A DNA stretch of 64,000 bases. It comes from Amoebophrya sp. A120 (lineage: Eukaryota > Protista > Dinoflagellata). Shown here in pieces: positions 37,810 through 49,800 of this stretch; the first letter of the stretch is position 1, and each line of letters begins with the position of its first letter. Where the stretch lies: the NCBI GenBank assembly GCA_905178155.1, contig CAJINV010000035.1:1-64000 (forward strand), given 5' to 3'. Below the pieces are notes generated by a model. It had not been told where the DNA came from, searched no databases, and worked only from the letters and a program-made list of their open reading frames with translations. Made by a program: the position numbers and the translations under genes.

Positions 37810-37826
37810 GTATACTTCGTGTGTAA

Positions 37827-39206
37827 TTATTTTTTGGCGCTTATAATTGTTATTCTCGTGCGTGTTTTGGAATCCAACAGAAACCTAGGTAAAAGGTACT
37901 GGAGCAGTCTTCGTCCTGCACATGGATGCGCCCTAGAATGCAGAGGCGAGTAGAGCGCACTACCTCCGTGCCTGGGGTTTATCTTTTGTGCGGAAACAAA
38001 ACCGAGAGTCGCGAGCTCGGCAGCAGTACCATGAAAACGATAGCCACTGGCTCTGCGGGAACCACCGGCCTGGCGATCACCACTGCTCTTGCGGGAACCA
38101 CTGCCCTGGCGGTAGGCGCTGCCCTTGCGGGGGCCGCTGCCTCTGCGGCAGCCCGTGCTTCTGCGGTGACCACCGCTCCGGCGGCAACCACTGCCCTTGC
38201 GACTACCGCTGCTCCCGCGCGAACCAATGGCCCTGTGGGAACCGCCGCTCCTGCGGCAGCCACTGGCCCCGCGGTAACCACTGCCCCGACGGTAGCCACT
38301 GCCTCGGCGATGGCCACTGCCCCTGCGGTAGCCACTGCCTCGGCGGTAACCACTGCTCTGGCGGGAACCGGTGCCGTTGCGAGTACCACTGCTCCGGCGG
38401 TAGCCACTGCCTCGGCGGTAGCCACTGCCCCTGCGGTAGGCACTGCTCTGGCGGGGACCACTGCCCTTGCGACTACCACTGCTCCGGCGGTAGCCACTGC
38501 CTCGGCGGTAGCGACTACTCTGGCGGGAACCACTGCTCTGGCGGGAACCACTGCCCTTGCGAGTGCCACTGCTCCGGCTGTAGCCACTGCCTCGGCGGTA
38601 TCCACTGCCCCTACGGTAGCCACTGCCTCGGCGGTAACCACTGCTCTGGCGGAAACCACTGCCCTTGCGACTACCACTGCTCCGGCGGTAGCCACTGCCC
38701 CTGCGGTAGCCACTGCCTCGGCGATAACCACTGCTCTGGCGGGAACCACTGCCCTTGCGACTACCACTGCTCCGGCGGTAGCCACTGCCCCTGCGGTAGC
38801 CGCTGCCTCGGCGGTAACCACTGCCCTGGCGGGAACCACTGCCCTGGCGGGAACCACTGCTTTTGCGACTGCCACTGCTCCGGCGGTAGCCACTGCTCCT
38901 GCGGTAGCCACTGCCTCGGCGGTAACCACTGCCCTGGCGGGAGCCACTGCCCTTGCGACTACCACTGCTCCTGCGGTAGCCACTGCCTTGGCGCCTACCA
39001 CTGCTCCGGCGGTAGCCACTGCCTCGGCGGTAACCACTGCTCCCGCACGAACCAGTGCCCTTGCGAGACCCACTTCTTGAATGTTCGCGCGCTGCGCAAG
39101 ACTTGCCGTTGCGATAACCACTGCGCCAACGAAAACTACTGATCCTGCGCGAACCACTGCCGCTGCAGGGAGGCCGTGTGTCCCTGTCCACGACTAAACG
39201 CGACAC
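37827..39206 (-). CDS. Possible Arg/Ser/Gly-rich basic repeat protein (RRGSGY)n; coding frame ambiguous
   Basis: 459-aa ORF; variant codons CGA/AGG/CGG (Arg) and AGT/TCC (Ser) are synonymous in this frame. The plus-strand Ala/Thr frame is also plausible. Confidence 0.35.
   Translation of the reverse strand: MSRLVVDRDTRPPCSGSGSRRISSFRWRSGYRNGKSCAAREHSRSGSRKGTGSCGSSGYRRGSGYRRSSGRRQGSGYRRSSGSRKGSGSRQGSGYRRGSGYRRSSGYRRSSGSRKSSGSRQGSGSRQGSGYRRGSGYRRGSGYRRSSGSRKGSGSRQSSGYRRGSGYRRGSGYRRSSGSRKGSGFRQSSGYRRGSGYRRGSGYRRGSGYSRSSGTRKGSGSRQSSGSRQSSRYRRGSGYRRSSGSRKGSGPRQSSAYRRGSGYRRGSGYRRSSGTRNGTGSRQSSGYRRGSGYRRGSGHRRGSGYRRGSGYRGASGCRRSGGSHRAIGSRGSSGSRKGSGCRRSGGHRRSTGCRRGSGPRKGSAYRQGSGSRKSSGDRQAGGSRRASGYRFHGTAAELATLGFVSAQKINPRHGGSALYSPLHSRAHPCAGRRLLQYLLPRFLLDSKTRTRITIISAKK
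38040..39070. repeat. 18-bp tandem repeat (gcggtagccactgccyct type, about 55 units with higher-order structure)
   Basis: Near-invariant ccactgc core every 18 bp; several frames open. Confidence 0.95.
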
Positions 39207-40968
39207 ATGAAGCGATCTTATTCACGTCGCAGTTAAAGAAGTTGCGTGAACAAGATCCGGAACTTCGAATTTCCAAGCATTCTGGTCTCCTACGAGCGGC
39301 CAGCGATAGGCATGCGTCTCTGATTTGAGGTTTTGTGAATGTCGTGAAACCATTGCGTTTTGTCAGACAAAAAAGTGTATCCGAAATGCTCATGAATGTT
39401 GTCAATGCGACCTCCGCAGTTGGTATTTTCGTTGTGGTCGTGTCCAGGCCAACGTTTTGACCTCTGCACAATAAATAGCGCTGCAACCCCTGCGTGTGGC
39501 TCGACCACAGCAGAGACAAATTGAAATCTAGAGTGTGGACCATGCTTTTCAGTGTTATGCTTTCCATCCTACACGAAAGCAAAAGCTGCTGAATCAGACA
39601 AGAATGAAGTAGGCACTGAAGAAGTACTACCAGTCGTGACGAAATACCGAGAGTGAGCACTGCAGCTCGCTCGCTATCTTGAAGAATGTCTTGAGCAAAA
39701 AATCTGTTTCAAAAAACGACGGTTGCGTTTAGGCGGACAATTACAAAAATAATGCGACATGAACTTTTTCTGCAACACTTTTTCTTTCTATGTGTCACAC
39801 CAGTATAGAGATGCTTGATGCGTGAAGTTGGGAACGCGTTTTCTTTACGTTCCTCCAGCGCTACTTCAAGAAAATCTCCTTGTTCGAGAGCCACTCAAAA
39901 AAGACAAATAAAGACGCCTCTAACTACCTCTGCTGAAAAAATAGATTTGCGGTGAACTTGCAGAAAGAAGGGAGAAATATTTTTAGGTAAGGCCGGAGTC
40001 TTCTACGATGCTTTGCACGTTCTATTTCATTCTGCTGTATTTCTGAGGCTTTTGTTTTTGTCTGCTTCAACGTTTTAAGTCTCAAAGCCTCTAGATGAAG
40101 TTCGAATAAATAAAAAATGTTTTCGCTGTGAAGAAAATTCGAATAAATAAAAGTGTTGTCGTGCTGCTGAATAAAAGTGGTTTTTTTGAACGTTACGTAG
40201 TATTTACACAGAGCAAAATGATGCACCGCATTCATCATTGAAGCGGAATTCATATTCAGATTGGTTTGCTATCGTCAAATATCTCGTGATTGTATTCTGC
40301 CACTGCCTTGACCTTAGGGTGCATTAGCAAAAAGTAACTTAAAAAGTCGCGCGTTGATAAATGACCTTCGGACCGCGGGGGCGGCCGACCGAAGGATCCA
40401 CACCACGGCTGGGGTATGTATTACAGCATCTTTTGGATCGTAATCAACAAAACATAAGTAGTCTTACATCTCAACACTACGCACAGACTGAAGATATCGT
40501 GTAAAGCGCACAAAGACGACTTTGGCAGCACTTTGGCTGCGATCTTTGCATTTGCGAAAATCTAAATTCATTGCGCGCGATTTCGTTTTCCAAATACAAA
40601 ACAACTTTCACAAAAAGCACATTATCGGAGAAAAAAAAACGCAGAAGTGCATCAAAATCAACCCCCGAGGCCGAACTATGGAAGCGCCAAGCCCGAAATC
40701 GAAAAAGCTAAAAAAATTTTTAATGCACAGAAGCGACTCTCTGGGAGTGATGGCAGCAGAAGAAAGCTGCGTAGCTGTTTGGGGTTTGAGATAAAGCTTG
40801 TAAAGCAGCATGACAAAACCAGTTTTCTGTGCAAAAGCAGCAGGGTGCAAAATTGGAACTCGATGCTGCCAAAGGATGCAGCACTCTTCTGATCTGGTTC
40901 CGGCTTGTGGCCATTTCATGGATGGCAAATTCTCTCAAACAGCTTTTTCAATTTCAGCCCTGGCACTT

Positions 40969-43900
40969 TCATACAAAGACACCGAGAAAGTAGGCCCGAG
41001 TGGTTTGGTCCGGTATGGTGTTGGCGCTCCTTGGTCCTTGCATTTTGGCATGCACGCGCTTCCATTCCGTTTGCCAGGGTTTGGGGATGCTCGTGCACTT
41101 GGGATCGTCTTGTTCGATTTCGTCCTTCGTTTTATTCAGTCGTTTGAACTCCTCGCGTACCAAATGCAAATATGTCTGGGTCTGGAAAGTTGTGATGCTA
41201 AAGTTTGGATAAGACTGGCGCTCTCAAGTGCAACCACGCATGACAAATATACTTGACGCCGTGTCAAGCGTCGCACGCATGACAAACTGCGTTTTCGCAG
41301 GACTAAAAAGTAGTGCCTTTCTTCTTCTAGCTGGCTGTGCAATACAGACTTCTCAGAGATGCAACACATGCAGCACAAGTTCCACTTTTCCAGACCCAGA
41401 CATTTTTGCAATGCATATCGTGATATACACCGACGATCAGGCCGACCTTGCTAGTACTGTTGTATGAATAGAAAAAGTAGCGCATGGAGTGCAAATTGCA
41501 ATATAGGTAGTTACTTTCTCAGAAGAACAAGAGGGGCCTGTAAACCTGATATACATCTACCTGACTAGCGAGATTGATAATGCGTCAGCACAATATTGCA
41601 ATTACTGTGAGCGCAGTTTTCGGTTGTGGTGGATATCTTGTATGCAGGGCAAATATGTCTGGGTCTGGAGAGAATGATTCGTGATGCTAACTCTTTAATC
41701 ATGCAGCGTCCCGTTTTGCATGAGCAGCAAGAGGCGCTTAGCTTTTTGCCACCCTGAGAAGGCATTTCTCATGCAGGATTCGCATGAGTAAGCATCACAG
41801 ACATGTCGAGTCGTGTCCAGTTTGCATGACAAGCTTTCGTCAACCATCCAGACGCAAACGTATTTGCAATGCATATTTTCTGCTGGCGCAAAATTCCGGG
41901 TTGGATTCTTCGGTTGAGCAGGTGTTTCAAAATATTTATGACCCCTTCAGCTACTGCATGCCATACTGCTACCGATCATAAAACGCTTGTCATGACAAAC
42001 CAGCAAGAGCAAAATTATGCGCGCTTCGTCGGTCGCATGACAAAATTTGCCATGCGACCGACGAAGCGCACATACGACCCTATTGGAAGTTTCCCTTAAT
42101 ATGTCGCAGATTGTAGTATATGTATCCGAATCCGTGAGCACGCCACAGCTTTTGCATGACAACCGCGCTAAAGTTGTATGTAGCAAGCGAGAATGCAACA
42201 TGTGAAGAGGCCATACGGTTGGAGGTTTTCTTCAAAGCCAGATCGCGTAGGCGAAGAGACTTATTCCCCGCACTGTCCTTCCCCTGTTCGGACTTTACTC
42301 GGCTTCGCTATCCCCTGTTCAGGTGTTGCAGTAGCAGGTTTGACAAATGGAGGCGCATTTCAGTATCTGCCGCATGATAAGGCGTTGCTCCATTTGTAAC
42401 AAATCAGACTGCGACACCTGAGCACGCCATAAAACCACTCTATTCCCGACTTCGATTAGGTCTTGTGAGGTTAGTCCTTTTTTCTTTCCCCACCCTCGGG
42501 TGCTCGCTATTTTTCCTTCCAGCACTTGCCGCCTCCGTTCCTGCCCGGTGATGCGCGGCACGTCGTCGTCACTCCAATTGCTGTCTTCATACTCGTCGGA
42601 GTGTTCTTCCTGGTCAGCGGGATTCTGCCCTATGCTGCGCTTGTTGAATAGCCCTGTGCTTTTCGACGACGAAGCGGCCGCGCTTTTCGACGCGTCAAGT
42701 AGCGTCGTGCTTTTCGACGACGAAGTGGCTGATCTTTCGTTCGAGGATGAAGTGGTAGTCGGGAAAGAAGAAGTGGTTGATCTTTGGTTTGAAGATTTGC
42801 CCAGCCTGGTCAGCGCGTTGCTATTTGGTAGAGCTGCGTACTTATCAAAAGGAAAAGCCCCCCCTTCCCACATCAAAATGAAGTTTCTGATGCTGGATCT
42901 GCGTACTACACAAATCAGATCTGTCTTGCTGGAGAGGACTGCAGGCCCATACTAAGAGCGAGTAGAAATATTTTGGCTTGGGCGCGTAGCAGCAAAAACG
43001 TCGGCGCTGTAGGCCCAACAGCATGACAAACCGTCTGCACAATGCGACGGAGCATGCGAAGTCGCCTTTTTGCAAGACAGACACGATTTGTGGCCACAAA
43101 TCAGCATCACAAATCTCCAAAACATAGCTTTTCAGTAAGGGGATGGGGAATTTTTCCTTTCAATACAGTTCCAAGTCGAGCAGATCATCGTCGAGAAAAT
43201 CCTCGTCAAAGATGTCGTTGTCCTTGTTGTCCTTGTCGCTGTCTTATGAAGTGCAAATACTCCTGGATCTGGATTTTTGTCATGCAGACGTGTGGATGCT
43301 GGTCAACAACCTCCAGTATGTTGACGTTGACCAGCCAACGCATAACAACTTTTTGAGGGAGTACTTATTTTTGTCTTACGGGAACCGCATCACAAGTTGC
43401 GATTTTGCATGACAATCAAGTGCCGCTGTGTCACTGTCGGCATGTTGAGGAATGTCTTCTCATCCTCGTCAGTCAAACATGACAAGCACTGCATCTCTCC
43501 AGACCAAGGCATCTTTGCAATTCATATGAAGCCGTCGTCGGAATAATTCCCAGCACTAATGCCCTGGTCGCCCATCCAGCTCGATTCTTCGTGAGCCTGT
43601 TTGTTGTTTTTTTTCGCCGTTGACGCGGTGGTGCCCGCGATTAGTGAAGACGATGAGGAGCTGCTAAGTTTTTGCTGGAAGAGGAGTTTTTTCGGTTGCT
43701 GGAAGAGGAGTTTTTGCTGGAAGAGGGTCTCGTCCTGATTTCGAGATGAACCATCTTCGTAGCTCGTGTCATGGAGGTTGTCGTGCTATGGGAGTGCACA
43801 ACTCCACCTCTTTCTCATTTGGAGTTGATTTCTAGCAACAGAAATCACCGCAAAAACGTATCTTCTGCATGAGAAATGATCCACACCCGGAGTGTAGTGT

Positions 43901-45560
43901 AAAAGTAAAACGCACGCTCTGCATGACAAAACCACAGATAGGATTTCGCGTTTTTGCATGACCGAGGAGGGGAGGCAGGGTTGTGCACTCTCATAGGAGT
44001 GGGCTAGTGCGCTTCTTGTTTTCGTTTTTGTGTTTGCTGCTGCCCTGCTTCTTCCTACTGTCCTTGCTGCCGCCCTGCTTTTCCGTGTTCTTTTTTACAC
44101 AATTTTTTTTGCTCGACGACGACGACCCCTGTGATGCCAGGCCATCGTACGGAAGGCTCTTCTATGCATTACAAATACGTCTGGGTCTGGAAGGATACAA
44201 ACCTGTAATGCGGGTTCTCGAAGAGACAAAAATCAAAAGACTTTATTGATTTTTGTCTCCTTTTTGTTTTTCCAGATGCACAACCAGCATGAGATGTTTC
44301 TGCCTCCTTGTGGATCCAGACCTATTTGCACTTGGTACGTTTTGGGCGCCAAGCTTTGCTGCGTTGCTATCCAGCGTGGCGCTTGCGGCAAATGGCGATG
44401 ATGAAGAGGAGGGGGCAACACCACCTACGGTGCCGGAGGGAGTCGACGACGCCGGGACGTCCTTGTCACTGTTTTCCATCGTCGGAGCCGCGCTGGTGCC
44501 AGGCTGTCCCAGGCCCAGGAACGCTTCCATGATCGGCGTGTCGACGCCCGGCTTCCACTCGACATCGGGCTCTGCACCGATCTCCAACGCATACCGGCGG
44601 TACTTCAGGGGGGAGATGCACTTCCCGAGGACAGCCGGCGGCGGCGGGATGTGGAATACGTCTCCCGCTGCAGGCGGCGGCTCGCCGCCATGGTTCTTTC
44701 CGCGCTCCAGCTTCATACCGGCCGTCTTAATCCACTTCTTGTACAGCTCGACAGGTTGTCCATTGCAAAGATCGATCTGGGTCTGGAAGGCTGCAGAAGT
44801 TTTCTATCATGCGTCTTTTCTTGCATCTCCTGTGAGAACAAGATCTGTTTATAATGCACGCGGCGCATGACAAAGTCTGCGAAATAGATCTCTCCATGCC
44901 CAGCCTGTGAATGAAATGTTGCCCTGTCTTGTAGACAAACATCTTCACAGGGCGTTTTTATTTGCTGACTACGCAACACAGATTTTTTTCTGTTCCAAAA
45001 TCAGCATCACAAGAGGTTTCTTTGCATCTTTTCAGACCCAGACTACATCTTTGAATTTCATACCGTCAGCGCTTGACGAGTGTCGTCTGTCCCGTACAGC
45101 CCGTTCTTGTCGATGATTTCTCTGACGTACATTCTTTATGAACTGCAAACAGTAGTCTGCGTCGTCATCTCTGACGTACATTCTTCATGCTGTTAATGGC
45201 CACGCATTCTGCTAAGCCAGATGATAGATAAGCCGCAAGCCTGTGCGCCAAACATGTGGCGCTGGATCTATCACGCAAAGCAGACGCGTTTACTCTACTT
45301 TTGCGCAGCAAGCATGTTAAATCTTGCACCTTCCAGACCCAGACTACGCATTTGCACTCGGTAAGAATTCGCCGCCCTTCTTCTGCGTATAGCAGCCGTC
45401 ATTGCTTGCGTCTTTGAAGAGACTACCTGCCGTAGGCAGGTAGTTACTTCCAAGGCAAAACGTCTCACCATTCCAGACCGGCTCGATTTCCGGTCGATTC
45501 TCTTTGTTTTTGCGACGTGGCGGCATTCTGCGCGCTCCACGTCGTGTCGACACCAATGTG
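40969..45560 (-). CDS. Multi-exon unknown protein with about 11 TIR introns (approximate model)
   Basis: GC-rich exon-like ORF pieces (44243-44716, 42319-42876, 40969-41157) between TAT...ATA elements; full model not resolved. Confidence 0.45.
41158..41417. mobile_element. IR introner, family A
   Basis: Family A TIR; TSD tcgcg/tcgtg. Confidence 0.88.
41463..41875. mobile_element. Two back-to-back introners (41463-41635 and 41641-41875) sharing one 5-bp spacer
   Basis: tgttg[TAT..GGATA]tcttg[TATGCAGGGC..GCATA]ttttc. Confidence 0.65.
42843..43165. mobile_element. IR introner, family D
   Basis: TATCAAAAGGAAAAGCCCCCCC...GGGGAATTTTTCCTTTCAATA. Confidence 0.75.
43787..43995. mobile_element. IR introner, family E
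   Basis: TATGGGAGTGCACAAC...GTTGTGCACTCTCATA. Confidence 0.8.
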
Positions 45561-46898
45561 ATGCTGAAGATGATGTTGCCGCCCGTTGTTATGTTGGAAA
45601 GAATGTAGAGTGAGTTGTCGCTGTTATGTTGAAAAAATAACCACAGTGTTCTTTCCTGCCACGTAGTACGACGTAGTTTTTGGTTCTATTGGGCGGGTAA
45701 ATCTGCCTGTGTTCCCGGCTCGTCTCCGGTTGGCTGCGTGGAATGCTGTTCTTGTTCCCGGAGTGCTTGGTAGTAATTTCAAAACTTAGTTTCGTGTTTC
45801 AAATACAATTATGATGTCGCCGTAACCGTTATTTCTTTGAGATAGGAATTCAAGTAATAATTAAGTATCAGTATGTCGCCGCTTTTCCACTATTTTCCTT
45901 CTGAGTAGTGCCTACTAGTCACAGTTTCCGCATTCATCGTGGTGAAAAATGATGCTCCTTTCTGAGCAAGTGAGAAAGCCACTGTGCTGAACAGAAGAAA
46001 AAGCAGCTAGTAGATCCTGAAGCATGTGAAGCCCGGCAACAGTTTGCAGGTGAAACACGACGACGGTTTCCACTGCTGTCAGCGAAAAGCAACCATGAAC
46101 ACGAGGTTTATCTGAAAAACTACTCCGCTGGTACTGATTCGCAAGCGGTGCGCTCTGAAACACGAATCCGTTCGCCTTCCGCCGCGCTTCCTTCCATTCA
46201 TTCTTCAGTGACTTTTCTTGTGTGAAAACGTTGTAGCTCTTGTCACTCAAAAAACCTGAATGTTCTTGTTCGTTGTCCGAAACAACATATTATCGACGAT
46301 GATTTTAATAAAGTCAAATCGAAATTTCTTCTTCCATTACAAATCTCACACACAGCACACGAAAATTTTGAAAATTTTCTTCACTAATATTCATCATACA
46401 GCGTTGATTCTAAGTAGGATCTTAATCTTATACTGGCTTTTAAAAGTAATAAATGGAAACAAAAAAAAGTTCACAAAAACGAAAAGCCAGGATTTCGTCA
46501 TGCATCCTAGATCGAAATTGTACTACATCAAAACTTTCGGTTGCAACACCATTCTTAACCTGGGGCGCACTTATTGTGCAGGTTCCAATAAACAAGGTAC
46601 ACGTGCTGATTTACATAAGAAACAATTCATTTCCGGTCGGCACGGTTGTAGCACGTTGCTGAATCACAAATTTCATGGAAACAAAAAAAGTTCGCAAAAA
46701 CTCATACCATACTGAAATCACGGACTCACTCCAACTGGGAAAATTTACGCTGCTTTTCTGTAATCGGAAAACCACACTGAAGAGTCGATAATTTTCATCC
46801 ATAAAAGAGTTGTGAATCTACCGTCCGAAAGCTTCGCTATGAAGGACTAGCTCGTATTTACAACTGCCACAGCTGTTCAAGCACGAAAGTAAAATTGC

Positions 46899-49800
46899 CT
46901 ACTTTCTGATGCCCGTTTTCGGTCGAGAACTTCGACGCGATGATAAACCCTCTTCCTCGCGGTCCCCCTCGCTGGAACTCAAATCCTCGCTAGAAAAATC
47001 CTCGTCTGAGGACGCACCGCTGGAAAAATCTTCGTCGTCGACTGATGCTTCCTCGCCAGATGAAGAATCCTCGTTTAATATTTGCTTGCTGCTAGCAACG
47101 TGAGCTCTATTTGTTCTCTCGCCGGTCACGGAAGTTGTTACTGGTACCTGGATGTCGACTGCGTCGTCGTCTTCGCCCGGCTGCACGGAGTTTTGCTGCG
47201 TGCTAACGATTATGCATTGCAAATAAGTATGTCGGGGTCCTTTTGTGGAAAATGCAAAATCATGCAAAAACGCAGTTTGTCATGCTGAACACACAACACC
47301 CAGCAACTGCAACTCCGAAACTTGTCATGCTGAGCCGTGACTTGCTGCGTTCTTTAGATTCGCCGCTCAGCATCACAAGGTTCCACACGACCCAGACATA
47401 TTTTCATTTGATAACGACGTGATCTACCTCCACCTCCGAATCATCCTCCTCTTTGCTGGTGCTGTTCTCGTCCACCGTGGGCTTGTGCTTGTAGTTTATT
47501 TGGGAAGAATCATTTTTACCCGACATCATCAAAACGTTTCTTGTAAAGCCCTTACCGCCCGTCACCGTGTGGTGGTTGAAAGTTCCTCGCTCTGCCCCCG
47601 CAACGCCCAGCTGCTCCGCGTCGTCCACCTTCTCGTCGTCAGAAGAGGCCCCGCTAGAACTGGAAGCCTCGTCTTCTCCGCTAGAAGAAATCAGCGACGA
47701 GGCAGCTCTTTTTCTTTCGCCTGCTTCTACGGAAAGTACCCGGGATGGGGATGCGCCACTGTCGCGCCAGTTCATCTCCAGGTCCTGCTCCTGGGACTCG
47801 TTGTGTTCGGTAATGGTGTCCACCGCCCGCTGGAGCTCCCAGCGGTGTTCCTCGAGGGCCTGTTCTGCATCTTCGGCTGAAATGTCCTGCTCTTGAAAAA
47901 TCTCCACCAGCATTCCGATTTTTTCTTGCTTTTCTTGCTCCCATACCGCGTGGAATCGGTTCATATTTGCATCCTTTTCGCGACCCTCAGTACCTGTCAA
48001 AGCCGGGTAGTTGCTATTCGTGCTACTGCTGGATGAAGACGATGACGAAGAGCTGGACGCGCCAGCCAGGCCTGCGAGAACTCCGCCATGGGAACTTGAA
48101 AGCTGCGTGTTCGCAGAACCTTGCACAGAATTTCGCTCCCTGTTGTCGACGTCTACTCCCACCGGCGCACTCTCCTCGCTACTGCTCTTTTCGTCTTCGA
48201 AGAAGATTGCGTAGTTGCCTGTGAGTGATTTTTTGTCGTCCACCAGCTACAGTTCCCGTTGTATAAAATTCCCGAAGTACTAGCTAGAAACAAATATCTG
48301 AGGTCTCCGCTTCTCTTATTTGTTCTACAAAAAAAATCAATCGTGCCGTGTGTACGAATACGTTTTTGATCTCCATACGTGAAAAAATCAGAAGAATGTG
48401 AATACCGACGACCACAACCTTTCGCTCCCTCGTCCACCCTCCGGTCTCCTCCACGGCCGGAGCGGAAGATTCAACACTTATCCTGAGCAAAAACGTCCCC
48501 AACCCAGCGTAGTCAAGTTGGTATTAAATCTGCAGCAACACAAATCTCTAAACCTTAGGAGTTGTGCATAACAACTTCCCATCTGCAGTATTGTGCTGCT
48601 TAGCAAGGGAAGCCGCATGAGAAAGCAATTTACTTCACATGCTGTTTACAAACAGGATTACAAATGCCAAAGCACGATTGCAAATGCCTGTCGTGGGGAG
48701 ATTCGCATCACAAAAGCTTCTGTCATTGCACATTTGCATGACAACTCGGTGGTGGGAACGTTTTTACACAGGATACCCCTGTCATCATCGTTTTGTCCAG
48801 GACCACTCTCTTCACTTCCATCCTCCCTGTCGTCCTCCGCAGCTGACTCGGAGCAGAGATCGATAACCTCCGACTTGTTTTCCTGAAACACTGGAAGTAG
48901 TAGCTCGGTGCCTGGAACTTGTTGTTGTTCGTCCTGCACCGCAATTCGACTCTTGGCGCTGTAGTTTCTCACGTTGGTAGAAGTTGTACCTGTCATGTCG
49001 TGTCTTTTTACTTCTTTTTTCTGCTAGTGCAATTTTTATCATACTTTTGCATTCCATATCAATCTCGTCGTCCCGCACGAGGACCGGTTGCTGTACTAAT
49101 AAAGACGTACCATTCATCATCTCGCCGTGTTCGTTATTTGTCGAATCATTTTCTGGTTGTCGTTGTTCTCGCTGTCGCGGCCCCTGGGCCTTGCACTCTC
49201 CCTCCCCCTCCCCGTCACGACCACACTCGGGGAGCCGTTCCTGCTCTACCCGCGAACTGGTCCTGTCCTCGTCTTGGTCGGAATCCACTCTACTTGCGGG
49301 TTCGCCTGGGGTGGGATTTTGGTTGGAGGGCCATGGATAGTCGACAACAGTGAATTGTCTAGACTCGATCGAAGCTGGACATGAGAGTCGTGTAGAAATA
49401 TTATTTTTTCCGCATGAATAAAAAAATCATGTACCTGAAGATCCTTCTCCCCCGCCTTGATCCGAATCATCCGAGAGAACGAGGGGCTCCATACAGGAAA
49501 AATGCGGGTGCTGGCGTTCCTGTGACGTTTATGCAATGCAAATTTTAATTTTCCGGCGGGATGGGGAAATTTGTTATGCTAAGTTGTGAAGAGGGATTGT
49601 CAACAAGCACTTCGTAATAAGCATGAAAAAATGTGATGTCGCATGACGAAAAGAGTCTCTGTCAGAGACGGACCTGCTCTTGAGTATGGTCTAGTTGAGT
49701 ACGCCAGGAATGCGAGACCACACCAGCACGCCCACGCTGCATTACAAGTTGCACATCACTTCATCTTTTCTCTGCCCGAAAGATGTTGAACTACACATTT

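Noticed and set aside
37860-40793. Region as a second large TAT...ATA element
   Set aside because: A possible right tip at 40793 has no convincing left TIR or TSD.
45119-45185. 18-bp duplication tctctgacgtacattctt around an introner tip
   Set aside because: Most simply a local slippage or repair duplication; a single instance.
46453-46702. ~27-bp direct repeat atggaaacaaaaaaagttc.caaaaac
   Set aside because: A-rich, only two copies, no associated structure.
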